Origin: Nemertoderma westbladi | Taxonomy: Eukaryota; Animalia; Xenacoelomorpha | DNA: 64,000 bases | Reading direction: 5' to 3' | Assembly: GCA_032718475.1 (NCBI GenBank) | Contig: JAUCBJ010008828.1 | Span: 1 to 64,000, forward strand | Shown: positions 11,937 to 24,134 of the stretch, in pieces | Numbering within the stretch: the first letter of the stretch is position 1 | How the letters are laid out: the number at the start of each line of letters is the position of its first letter | Position numbers and translations under genes: made by a program | The notes under the pieces: generated by a model | Seen by the model: only the letters and a program-made list of their open reading frames with translations | Databases searched by the model: none | What the model was told of the DNA's origin: nothing

Positions 11937-13799
11937 TTTTTGTAATTTTCTAAATCGATTTACGGTGTAGAAATAACTTTAACAATTGTAATGTTAAGCA
12001 ATACACTGGGAAGGCGCAATGGTGAGATAATAGATTGCTATGTGGGTGGACGTGCCGTAGAGTAACATTATTTGTTGAGGGAGGTGACTCCTAATTGGTT
12101 AATCTATGAGAGGCATGCTATCATTACATGGCGGGAAGTTTTAACTTGAAATATTTTAAGTACACCACTAAACTGCCGGCACAGCGCAAACCATAGTAAC
12201 TGCTCATTTTATTATCCTGTTATACTAGGGATAAATACTTTTTATTGAATAATATTTTATATATGCTACAACTCCTTGTGGCTTACATGCCGCAGTTTCA
12301 TGAAAATATGTCACGTATTTCATACATTTATATAATATTTGTGTGCTAAATAATTTAATATTCTGGTAAATTAATTAATAATTGTGGCCTAATTTAAAAA
12401 ATAAATTCTTCCTGGCATATTATTTTAGTTAAATTTGCCCCCTTTATATTGAATAAATGGCGGCAAATATAATGATGTAATAATTATATGTAATATAATT
12501 ATTACATCGTATGATGGGTATTTAGTTAGAAAATTGAATAATAGAGTATATACAGTATTTGATCCATATATTATATATATTTGAATAATATATAGAGAAT
12601 AATAAAGTGAAACATATTTTTTTTGGGATGCTGAAGAAAAATATGACACTGAAATATACCGTACATTGTTGATAAGGGTATTTTTGGATATGTGTCAATG
12701 TGCGGCACGAAAAATACAAGTCGCTTAAAATTGATAAAAAAAAAATAATTACCAAATCAACCTGGTTTTTAGATATTAGGGGTTTTCTGGGACGCTGATC
12801 ATGCATCGATTTTGCAGTTTAAAATTTTATGCAACTCGTATTTTTCGTCCCATCCCACTAGACAAGCATAAAAAATGATGGTAGCGTTACCACGAATAAT
12901 TTTTAACGAGTTGTATCGTGATCAGCAGCGACCTTGAAAACCAGTATAGCTTCTGAATTACCAAACCAAAGGCAAGATCTAACAGTTTATAATTTTTTGC
13001 TACTTGTAGGCCACTTTTCGTTCTGGGGCACCAGAATGGGGCCAAATTTGTATCAGAAATATTTATAACTATTGCAGTTTCATCGTTATCAGCGAACTCG
13101 AAAACCCGTATAGGCATGTGGCGGGGCGACCTTGGAACTAGAACGTTACCGGTAGCTACTAGGTATCCCACCTAAGGATTCTGTATCTGTTGCTAGGCAC
13201 CAAAACAATTATTCCAATCTTCTACAGTCCCATGGCCACAGTAGTGTACAACTTTACAGAGCCAATTACAGACTTGTGTCCACAGTAAAAATCCTCTCAT
13301 ACATACTATAGGAATCAGCTGATCTATAGCTATCAGCTGATACCAAAATATAGGTAGCCCTCATAAAAATTTTCATATTATTCTCGTTTTAATGTGAAGC
13401 TGGAAGTCGAGTCTACGTTTTCGGTTATAGTTTCTATTCATTTGATCCAAATTACGTTTTGAAAAGTTTTTTTTGAAACCTGAATAACTGTTTCTTATAT
13501 TTCATTAGCATTGGTAGGAAAAAAATATAATATGTCGATTCCTGGATCACATTTATTGCCTTGTCCACAGATGTGGACAACAGGACTACATTACATCAAT
13601 CATTTACACCATATCTTTTGGTTTTTTATTATTTTTGGTTGCTTATTACAAACATTTGAATTGTAAATATATGAAAAGGTAAATGATTAAAGGATTATAC
13701 TAAAGGCAAGTGTGTGTGTGTTAGGGTAAGTGTATGTACATTATTTATCAATTAAAATTTGTCAATATTTATTAACACTGATATCCATAGGAATTCAAT

Positions 13800-14068
13800 T
13801 TAAAAGTAAAGTAAATTTTCTTCGGCCAGGGATTAGGCACAAAGTCTGACGACTTATTTCCAGTGCGGTCCCCCCAGAACTGTACTCCCCAGAGGAAACT
13901 CCAGTACTCATTTAGCTACCACTTAAGGATGCAAGGCAGAGATGCGCCCTGGTTGGTTCCTTTAAAACATTCGTGCCGAAACGAAAACCGCCCTGGCCCA
14001 TGTGAGGATCGAACCCACGACCTACAGGAGATGTGAATTCAATGCAACCACTACACCAAGGTGGAACC
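13800..14068 (-). mobile_element. tRNA-derived SINE
   Basis: Minus-strand head has A box TGGTGTAGTGG and B box GGTTCGATCC, then a ~200-bp body and a (TTTAC)-like simple tail. Confidence 0.75.
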
Positions 14069-14202
14069 TATAAAAGCAAAGAGGTGGACAATGGGACATG
14101 AGGAAGTGGAACTTTTGGGAGTAGGCATCACAGACCCCACTGCCATATATGTGTAGGTACATGTACATCTACTTACCATTCCATGGGTGTTGCACTGCAT
14201 CT

Positions 14203-16563
14203 TGCATTGATCTCGATTGCTACAAAGCTATACAATAGAATTCTATTAAATCGCATCAGGGATCCCATTGAGAGACTGCTCCGTGGAAATCAAAATGGGT
14301 TCCGTAAAGGTCGTGGGACCATGGAGCCCATTTTGGCACTTAGAAGGATAATTGAAGAGTTATCAAAAAAGAAAGACAGGCATCTGGCTGTTATCTTTGT
14401 TGACTTCTTCAAGGCCTTTGATTCAGTCTCTCGCTCACGTATGTTCAGCATACTTTCATTATATGGGATTCCTGATGAAATTATTGCAGCAATCAGATCA
14501 GTATACGATGGTTCGACAACATTTGTGTCTACTGTTGACGGTGACACAGAACCATTTGAAGTGTTATGGGGCGTCCTCCAGGGAGACACACTTGCACCAT
14601 TCTTGTTCATAATTGTGGTTGACTATGTTCTACGCATGTCCTTAGATCATCATAATGATGATGGGGTGATGATAACTCCACCTACTGGCTCCAGAAGTCG
14701 AGGAAATCCTGCAAGTACCTAACTGATCTAGACTTTGCTGATGACTTAGGAGTACTCTCAGAATCGCTAGAGGGAGCCCAACGGCTCCTCAGCTCATTAG
14801 AACATGCTGCTTCTAGTGTTGGTCTTTTTATTAACTCCAGAAAGACCAAAATTTTGACAGTTAACTTTGAAAGTTCTCAGCAAGTCTCTGATCGGATGAG
14901 CATAAGCTCAAAGGATGGTATGCTTGAGCATGTGGACGACTTCTGTTACCTGGGATCATGGATCCGGAAGTCAGGTGAGGACCTTCGAATACGTAAGGGA
15001 AAGGCATGGGCAGCTTTGAATAGGCTTTCCAGGATTTGGAAGTCACCGAGAATTAATCGGAAACTTAAGGTCCGACTATTTAGAGCAGCAGTAGTTCCAG
15101 TACTCCTCTACGGGAGTCCATGCTGGGCTCTAACTGCTGAGGACACCAAATCTCTGGATGGCACATTCACAAGAATGCTACGCCGTGTTCATTGTGTCAA
15201 GTACAATGCACACATCTCCAACCAGACACTATATAACATTGGAGGTGACTCATTGGTTCCCCCAAGCTTGACACTAGAACAAAATCGCCTCCGCTTTGCA
15301 GGACATTGCTTTCGCCGTGAGGACCAGCCAGTGCATAATCTTGTACTTTGGCAGCCTCATGGAGTGAATAAGCATGGTGGACAGCCCATGACTTTCTTGA
15401 GACGCATCTTAAAGGACACTGGCCTTGAAGATGCGGATGATCTAGCAAATGTCATGGGTGATAGGGAGTTGTGGCGGTGCAATTTTGTTGACAAGCCGGC
15501 ACAGCATTCTTAAAAAGGCAGCTGCAATGCAGCATGCCGATCCTAGTAGTAGTAGAGAATTAATCGGAAACTTAAGGTCCGGTTATTTAGAGCAGCAGTA
15601 GTTCCAGTACTCCTCTATGTGAGTCCATGCTGGTCTCTAACTGCTGAGGACACCAAATCTCTGGACGGCACATTCACAAGAATGCTACGCCGGGTTCATT
15701 GTGTCAAGTTCAATGCACACATCTCCAACCAGACACTATATAACATTGGAGGTGTCTCATTGGTTCCCCCAAGCTTGACACAAGAACAAAATCGCCTCCG
15801 CTTTGCAGGACATTGCTTTCGCCGTGAGGACCAGCCAGTACATAATCTTGTACTTTGGCACCCTCATGGAGTGAATAAGCATGGTGGACAGCCCATGACT
15901 TTCTTGATACGCATCTTAAAGGACACTGGCCTTGAAGATGCGGATGATCTAGCAAATGTCATGGGTGATAGGAAGTTGTGGCGGTGCAATTTTGTCGATA
16001 AGCCGGCACAGCATTCTTAAAAAGGCAGCTGCAATGCAGCATGCCGATCCTAGTAGTAGTAGAGAATTAATCGGAAACTTAAGGTCCGGTTATTTAGAGC
16101 AGCAGTAGTTCCAGTACTCCTCTATGTGAGTCCATGCTGGTCTCTAACTGCTGAGGACACCAAATCTCTGGACGGCACATTCACAAGAATGCTACGCCGG
16201 GTTCATTGTGTCAAGTTCAATGCACACATCTCCAACCAGACACTATATAACATTGGAGGTGTCTCATTGGTTCCCCCAAGCTTGACACAAGAACAAAATC
16301 GCCTCCGCTTTGCAGGACATTGCTTTCGCCGTGAGGACCAGCCAGTACATAATCTTGTACTTTGGCACCCTCATGGAGTGAATAAGCATGGTGGACAGCC
16401 CATGACTTTCTTGATACGCATCTTAAAGGAAACTGGCCTTGAAGATGCGGATGATCTAGCAAATGTCATGGGTGATAGGAAGTTGTGGCGGTGCAATTTT
16501 GTCGATAAGCCGGCACAGCATTCTTAAAAATGCAGCTGCAATGCAGCATGCCGATCCTAGTAG
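14203..16563 (+). mobile_element. 5'-truncated RTE-clade LINE (RT, frameshifted) with its 3' ~507 bp present three times
   Basis: QNGFRKGR, DFFKAFD, GVLQGDTLAPFLF, DLDFADD (frameshift at ~14715). (TAG)n tails at ~15543, ~16050 and ~16558. 12-bp TSD TGCACTGCATCT at 14191-14202 and 16564-16575. Confidence 0.92.
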
Positions 16564-16899
16564 TGCACTGCATCTGATGAATATCAGAACATGTTTTTGT
16601 GACGCTAGAGGGCGTATTAGGATGTTCGAATCATTCATTGTACACTTGTGGGGACGTCGGGACTCTAGAGGCTATAGCTAGCTACAGTAGATCACTACAA
16701 TTTGTACTGATAAACATATAGATGTATTTATACTTATATAATATATTATTTTAATGGGAAATAATAATAATGCACTAAATTTAGCTCACGCTAAACCACC
16801 GAACTCATTTTACTGAGCAAAAACGCACGCGATGGATCAAAACGACATACAGCTACTAGCTCAGGCCATCAAAATCCTACAAAGCCCGTCACTGATCCA

Positions 16900-17710
16900 T
16901 ATCACGCACCAGTAATTTCGTCTGATTCTGTCAAACTCCCTGTGTTTTGGACATCCGAACCAGAGAAGTTTGGTTTGCTCAGGTGGAGGCTCAGTTTGAA
17001 ACGAGAACACCCCCGAATACTACTACTAGTATCGGCATGCTGCATTGCAGCTGCATTTTTAAGAATGCTGTGCCGGCTTGTCGACAAAATTGCGCCGCCA
17101 CAACTCCCTATCACCCATGACATTTGCTAGATCATCCGCATCTTCAAGACCAGTGTCCTTTAAGATGCGTCTCAAGAAAGTCATGGGCTGTCCACCATGC
17201 TTATTCACTCTATGGGGTTGCCAAAGTACAAGATTATGCACTGGCTGGTCCTCACGGCGAAAGCAATGTCCTGCAAAGCGGAGGCGACTTTGTTCTAGTG
17301 TCAAGCTTGGGGGAACCAATGAGACACCTCCAATGTTATATAGTGTCTGGTTGGAGATGTGTGCATCCCCGAATACTGTCAACAAGACAAAGTTTAATTA
17401 CATCGTTGCAGTTCTGGACAATGCCACTGCTAAGGAAGTTAGATCGATTATCCTCAGCCCTCCAATTGATGATCGCTATGAAACTTTGAAGACAGCCCTT
17501 AAATCTCTAGCGGCCATAGACAATTAATTATTCTCATTATCTGGTCCTGGGGACTGTAAACCGTCGGGACTGCTTCGACACATGCATTCTCTCAATGGTA
17601 ACCTTCTCAATGGATATTTTCCGTGCTCTTTTCTTGACTCAAATGCCTATCGAAGTGCGCCGTATCCTGATTGGTTCCAAAACGTCGGAGCTTGACCAAC
17701 TGGTAATAGA
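16900..17710 (+). mobile_element. Ty3/Gypsy gag relic, interrupted by an RTE fragment
   Basis: VKLPVFWTSEPE..FAQVEAQFETR | NKTKFNYIVAVLDNATAKEVRSIILSPPIDDRYETLK...GDCKPSGLLRHM, typical of invertebrate Gypsy gag. Frameshifted. Confidence 0.75.
17022..17366 (-). mobile_element. Short 3'-end copy of the same RTE family, inverted
   Basis: Matches 15207-15550 in reverse and has a (TAG)n tail. 11-bp TSD CCCCGAATACT at 17011-17021 and 17367-17377. Confidence 0.92.
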
Positions 17711-17740
17711 GGTGGCAACAGTTCCTTTGCAATATATACT

Positions 17741-19861
17741 TTGCAAGTAAATGACAGCTATGAGTACTTTGAACGTGAAATTGAAACGGTGTTTAATGCA
17801 CATGTACCACTAAAAAGAAAGTTAATTAAAAGAAACAAAAATTTGAAACAAAACGAGTGGTATACAAAAGAATTGGAAGACCTAAAATGTGACAAGGATA
17901 CAAAATTATATAAATTTCGATCGACAAAAACCACCGAAGATTATAAAATATTCAAATTAGCTAGAAATAAATATAACAACCTAAATAGCCGATTGAAAAA
18001 TATGCATATCAAGTCAAAATTTGTAAATGAAAAATCAGTTCGCTCCCGTTGGTCTATAATTAATTCAATATTAAATAAAAACAAAAATAACAATCCAGTT
18101 GAACAAATTCAAAATGCAAAGGGCTATAAAATCACGGATCCGATAAAAATTGCAAATATATTCAATCGCGTATTCGAAAAATTAGGTGAATTTAAAAAAT
18201 TTACAAATAAAATGATATCAAAACAGCCAAATAGTAGTTATATAGCAACACAAAATGCAGACGATACATTTGCTTTTAAAAACATATCTGAATTTGAAAT
18301 AATGAATATTCTCGAAAAACTTAATACAAATAAACCAAACGGGCCGTCTAACTTACCACCACGTATAATTAAATTAGCGAGATCAAAAATTATATTTCCA
18401 TTTACATCAATAATAAATAAATGCCTCACAACATCTACTTTTCCTGATAAATTAAAAGCCGCATATGTTACACCTGTATTTAAAGACGGAGACAGACTGA
18501 AACCTACTAACTACAGGCCGATTGCAGTTATATCTACCTTCAGTAAAATATTTGAAACTGTGATACTGAACCAAATGCTTAATTACGTTACAGACGAGAA
18601 AATAATTAATCGTAGACAATTTGGATTTAGAAAACGTTATTCTACTACTGATGCATTAATATACACAACAGAAACCTGGCGATCATCATTAGACAAAAAT
18701 AAATATGTCGCAGTTGCAGCTCTAGACTTAGCGAAAGCATTTAATTCCATTAATCATAAAATATTGCTTGAAAAATTAACTAGATTGGGGTTTCACAGTA
18801 CATCGATTCGATTACTAAATAGTTACTTAACCGACAGAAAACAAAAAGTAAAGATAAATAATGTTTTTTCGGAATGGGTCAAAATTAACAGGGGGGTACC
18901 ACAGGGAACACAGCTAGGGCCGCTTTTGTACCTACTATACGCTAACGATATTGCACTACTAAAAGATCTAGACCTAGTACAATACGCCGATGACACATTG
19001 ATATTTTACACCCATTCAGACCCACAAACTGCAACTAAAATTCTCTCAGAGCAAATAACCGCAGTAGAAAAGGAATTGACAAAAAATCAGCTCATGTTAA
19101 ATACAGGTAAAACTAAATTTATACTAATATCACCAAAACAACGAAATGACAATGTAAATACAATCACCCTTGATACAGCAACATGTAAAATAGAACAATG
19201 TACAACATTTAAATATCTAGGAGTAATTTTGGACAATCAGCTTAATTGGAAAGAACAGATAAAAAAGGCTTCACATAAAATGGCGCTAGCCATATCTTGC
19301 CTACGACGAATAAAAGGCCAGCTTCCACGCAAGACTAAGCTAAATATATATAAGGCTACTGTACTTCCCTTTCACAACTACTGTTCACAATTGCTAATAC
19401 CATTACATGACCTACACGGATACAAGCAGTTACTGTACGATCTTGAAAAACAACAGAATTACGCACTACGACTAGTATTTGGGAGGCAAATAAGAGACAG
19501 TACTGGGACCGAACTACGACAACTTGCTAAATTGCCGAATCTACACTCATTGCGTGAATTCAATGGACTCAACTTTTTATTTAAATATATACACAATCTA
19601 TCTATTCCATTTCAATCCTTAACACTACCATTTCTAAATAATATACACACAGACCCACAACTACTAAATGCTCGTACCAAAATTATAAAAATACCAAGGA
19701 CCTATAACAGCTACGGACACAACAGTTTATTAATTTCACTTATCAAATTATGGAACTCAACTGATATCAAACTGAAACAAATTCAATCTCATAAGGAATA
19801 CTACACAACAACAAAGAAAAAGTATTACGAACTACACATGCGCTATGATGAAATCACATAA
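17741..19861 (+). CDS. Reverse transcriptase ORF2 (5'-truncated, no endonuclease) of a CR1/L2-group LINE; the element extends to an A-rich tail at ~20217
   Basis: NYRPIAV, QFGFRK, DLAKAF, GVPQGTQLGPLLYLLYAND, YADD, KYLGVILD motifs. 3' UTR ends in AATAAA/(AAAT)n. Confidence 0.9.
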   Translation: MQVNDSYEYFEREIETVFNAHVPLKRKLIKRNKNLKQNEWYTKELEDLKCDKDTKLYKFRSTKTTEDYKIFKLARNKYNNLNSRLKNMHIKSKFVNEKSVRSRWSIINSILNKNKNNNPVEQIQNAKGYKITDPIKIANIFNRVFEKLGEFKKFTNKMISKQPNSSYIATQNADDTFAFKNISEFEIMNILEKLNTNKPNGPSNLPPRIIKLARSKIIFPFTSIINKCLTTSTFPDKLKAAYVTPVFKDGDRLKPTNYRPIAVISTFSKIFETVILNQMLNYVTDEKIINRRQFGFRKRYSTTDALIYTTETWRSSLDKNKYVAVAALDLAKAFNSINHKILLEKLTRLGFHSTSIRLLNSYLTDRKQKVKINNVFSEWVKINRGVPQGTQLGPLLYLLYANDIALLKDLDLVQYADDTLIFYTHSDPQTATKILSEQITAVEKELTKNQLMLNTGKTKFILISPKQRNDNVNTITLDTATCKIEQCTTFKYLGVILDNQLNWKEQIKKASHKMALAISCLRRIKGQLPRKTKLNIYKATVLPFHNYCSQLLIPLHDLHGYKQLLYDLEKQQNYALRLVFGRQIRDSTGTELRQLAKLPNLHSLREFNGLNFLFKYIHNLSIPFQSLTLPFLNNIHTDPQLLNARTKIIKIPRTYNSYGHNSLLISLIKLWNSTDIKLKQIQSHKEYYTTTKKKYYELHMRYDEIT

Positions 19862-22329
19862 TTAATTAAAACAACGCTGCACGGGAACTTTGTCTCACTT
19901 TTAATTTTCACCCAGTGTAAGATAGTTTATTGAAGCGTCAAATAACATTATTGTGCTATATTCTGAATATTTGGTACGGTACATTACTGTATTCTAGCTA
20001 CATATAGGATTGTATTGTATGTTGTATTTATTTTATAGTACTTGTAGCTACTGTAGGAGTGTACAATAGACCAGCCCCTGCTGGACTGAATCCTGACGCT
20101 ATTTACGGTCTTCAATTATCAGCTGGTATATTATCGTACTGTGCTGCCTCACTATAATTGTATTATTGTGAGTTTTACCGTAAATAAAGAAATAAAAATA
20201 AAAAAATAAATAAATAAGTTCCGTATAGCGCTACATTTTTATAACATAAATCATTGTTACCAAGGCAACATTGTAGAGTTCTAGAACAAAATATCAATAT
20301 TATACACTATTCTAGAACATAAATATATTAAAAAATATAATGTTCTAGAACACATAGCTAGAAATTAAAAAAATTATTCAAAAATTTTTTGGGGTACGAA
20401 ACGCACAAAAGTCAAATTAAGGCAATTAAAAGACAAGTACTTTGAAAAATAAGAAAGATATAGTCGACGCCGGAGCTTTGTGTGAGGAGTACATTAAACT
20501 TTAAAGATAAATTCTGCGAAAAACGGACAGAATACATGTGGAGGCACCATTGTAGTCAGTATGCTACATTATTATTTTAGGCAGTACGGTAGGTACATAT
20601 CTAGATACTATGTCTGTACACAATTGTACATATATTGCACTTAGATCCCAGTCATTGCATTCGCGACACTCCCGACACCAAAAATAAATACAATTTATAT
20701 ACTTTTTACCAATTATTGCATTCGTGACATTCCCAATACCAAAAAATTACTAAAAAATAAATAAAAAATTTATTCAATTTCTTCATAACAGTTCTTAATA
20801 TTCTTCTCCGCAATAATTGCTGTTTTTCGTTTTGGTCTGGATGTGACTTCATTTACTTTCAGTTTCGACTTGATAGCTAGGTGGGATAAATATTTCTCCA
20901 TTTGACGCAACACCGCCGCGGCCGCTATGAGGGAGGTGAATACCGCGGCCGCTCCTAAAGCCGCAGGCCATCGCTAACTATATAGGTTAACTTGGGATTC
21001 TGGGGGACTTTTCGATGAAGGAACAGACCAATTTTTTTTATTTTCACACCAGGGGAGTGACTCGGAATTCTAAGATATTAGCCACTCTAACATTAGCAAA
21101 TCTATCCCCTCGACGGACACGGCGGACAAAAAACCGTCATTTTTTTTGACAATTTTAAAAATTTTTTGAAAGGCGCTCTACAGTGACTCGAAAAAACCCT
21201 AGGTTATTGCTTAACCGACGCCGGGATACGATAGAAGGGATTAATTACTGTAGTGAATTCGTTTTTTTTTTTCAAAAAAGATTACCACGCCTTTTTCCCG
21301 AAATTGTCCGTCAAAGTTGAAAAAACGGACAAAATGGCTTTGCGGGATCCGCTCTGACTCGGCTAATATTAATCGTACGGGGACGAAATTAACGCGGTTG
21401 GAAAGGGGAAGAGTGGTACTACCTTCGTATCGAATGGGGGTAAGATATTTATTAATATTTCGGGTGGAAAAAGGGGCCGTAACTTTGTCCGTTTTTCCAT
21501 CTTTTTTACATAATTATTATTTCCAAAATTTTTAATTCGACAACGCTAGTAGGAATCTGCCAATTCTTTTTCGGAAAGCGTAGAAGACCACAGGGGCTAC
21601 ATTCCTATCGAATGGGGGTACAAAAAATATGTAGGCAAAGGGGTCCAAAAAGGGCCAGAAAATAATAAAAAGTTTATAACTAACAACTTTTTTATTTTTG
21701 ACTCTTGAATGTTAAAGTACATTTTATACGGTTAATATCGATACGGGGAATCCAAATATTCGATTGGTTTTGCCGCGCAAACGATATTAAAAAAATTAGG
21801 GCCCAAATTATAATTTCACGCTTCAAACTCGCTTCGCGGGAACTCGTCTAGCTCGAAAAATACATAAGGTCTGGGAGACTTATTTAAACAGTCTTATAGA
21901 GCGTCAAATTATCTATCTTTCAACGGTAGTTACAGCGCCATAGCTATTATATAACTGAAGCGGCAGACGATCGTGTGAAATATACTACTTATAAAAAAGG
22001 GACGAAAAAATTTTTTTTTAATAAATCGCCATTACATTATAATTTAACCTTTTGCGCCAAAAGTTCCAGTAAAATGTAGCAAATTAACTCCACTATCTTT
22101 TTTCTTAACATTTATAATTAAAATAACGAGTTTTAAGGGTCGAAAAATATCGCGTAATTTTGGCCCTTTTTTTTCATTTTTTTTGGGGCCAAAAATACCC
22201 CCTCTCAAAAGATAGAAAAAAAATTACGGCAAAGAATATACCAATTTTATTGAATTTGGAGCACCAGAACCGAAATTTAGTCAAAAATTAAAAATACTTT
22301 TTTTTGCAAAAAATTAAGAATGGTCATAT

Positions 22330-22393
22330 TGGGTTTCGAACCCACGAACTTTAAGTATCGTTAACGTGATTGATTACCACTAGACTACGTGAC
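22330..22393 (-). other. tRNA-like/SINE-head remnant embedded in AT-rich repeat DNA
   Basis: Minus strand TAGTCTAGTGG (A box)...GGTTCGAAACCC (B box). No convincing anticodon or acceptor stem. Confidence 0.45.
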
Positions 22394-24134
22394 CAAGAGA
22401 ATTTGAAATTTTCGAGTGATTATTTTTAAACATCAATAACTTCTGTTCTACTGGGCCGTTTGATCTGAAACTTTTTTCATTGGATAGAGGATAGATTGTA
22501 GTGTGTGAAATAGGATACAACTTGGGAAAACGCATGTGCACTTAGTGCATAATGCACTTAAAAAGTACACATTTTTTCGATATTTCAAACACTATTATTT
22601 CCAGTTCCATTCATCGTAGAATGTTATTTTTTGGATTAAAATGTAGTTTGGAGTGATTTCTAACTATAATCGTAACATTTGTTTAACTTTTTATGTATAT
22701 AAAGTGACTTAAAATGCCTATGAATATGGTCCAAAATCGCAAATGTCGCGATTTATTAAATTAGATTTTTTACACTTTTAGTGACTGACACTTGATCATA
22801 CACCATCGTAGATCGGTAGAGGATAAACATAAGTTTGTTAAATAAGAACCACAATTACGATCTGCTGAAGTGCACTTGTACAAATAAGTGTGCAAAAGTG
22901 CAAATTTTTTAATAAGGTCAAATTATATAGCATTGGGTTCTTTTCTTTGCAGATACTTTAATTTCATATTAATATGTTGTTTGGCTCATACTGAGCGCAT
23001 TAGGGATATGCGTACAAATAAGCGGCCCTTATTAAGGCTTCGATTGGGGTAATAAATAAAACATAAGGTTGTAATATTCTAAAAAACCAGTGTGATATTA
23101 AATGCACTTTAAACAATAAATAGAGATCAAATAACAAATGGACTACACAATTAAAAACTCGCACAATTTTGTACTTATCATATCGCTTCAAATTAATTTA
23201 ACAGTGGATATTTGGGGGAAGGGGGAAGTTACAGTGTGCATTCGGGGGAAGTTTGGTGAACTGCATTTATGCAGTGAATCCAAACTTCCCCCTTTGATAT
23301 ATCATATACTTAAGACATGCTAGGGTGACGGGGAAATATTTGTTACTGTCACACTTTGCTTCCATTTATCCTATCCTTTTATTATTACCCCTGTCAGATA
23401 AGAGATAATAATCAGTAAAAACCAAACTAAACTGTTAATTTCGAATTAAAGACGGGTGAATGACCATGACCATGGAAATAATTTTAAATATAATCGTATA
23501 TCAACTATTTGGGGAGGCTTCCAAACCCAAAAACAATTATTTCGTTACATATAATATAGTAAATAACGTTGTATGTTCTTCTTCCTCTCATAATAAAATA
23601 TATATGAAATATCTCTGATCGCTGTGCCCTGAACATTTCACAACCAAAATGTTTCAGTGTGAAAAGTGTAGGCCTACCACACCCCGCCCAAACAGCCGCA
23701 AACGCATAGCCAACAAATTTATCAAAAGTTTACATACATGTTGTGTTCATGACGAGATGAGTGAAAATTGATCGCGTAATATAAACTAAAAATTGAGAGT
23801 CGGGCCTGGCTCTTCTCCACTTTCTTACCCAATGGAAATGTTGTTGTTATAATCTAATATTGGGGCGGCTTTCTCTCGTTTCGGTCTGTCTAATTGTTTA
23901 TCTATTGAGCTATCTGTATGTGTGTCACATTCTATTGGGTATAAAAGAGTTACATGTCTTTCTATTATTTTCTTTGATGGAAGCTTTACTTTTACGGAAC
24001 GAACTTGACCATCAGAACTAGGTAATAATTTATGAATACGACCGAGTTCTGATGGTCAAGATGGTCAAGAGTTTTGATAATTCAGATTGATGATATTGAT
24101 AAATATATATTAAACTGTTTAGCAATAAATGATA

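Noticed and set aside
13995-14068. Functional tRNA gene (also considered at 22330-22393)
   Set aside because: Only A/B boxes; no complete cloverleaf, and the 14-kb copy continues into a SINE body.
17720-20222. AGTTCC as TSD of the CR1/L2-group LINE
   Set aside because: Only 6 bp, and flanking Gypsy homology does not resume on the right.
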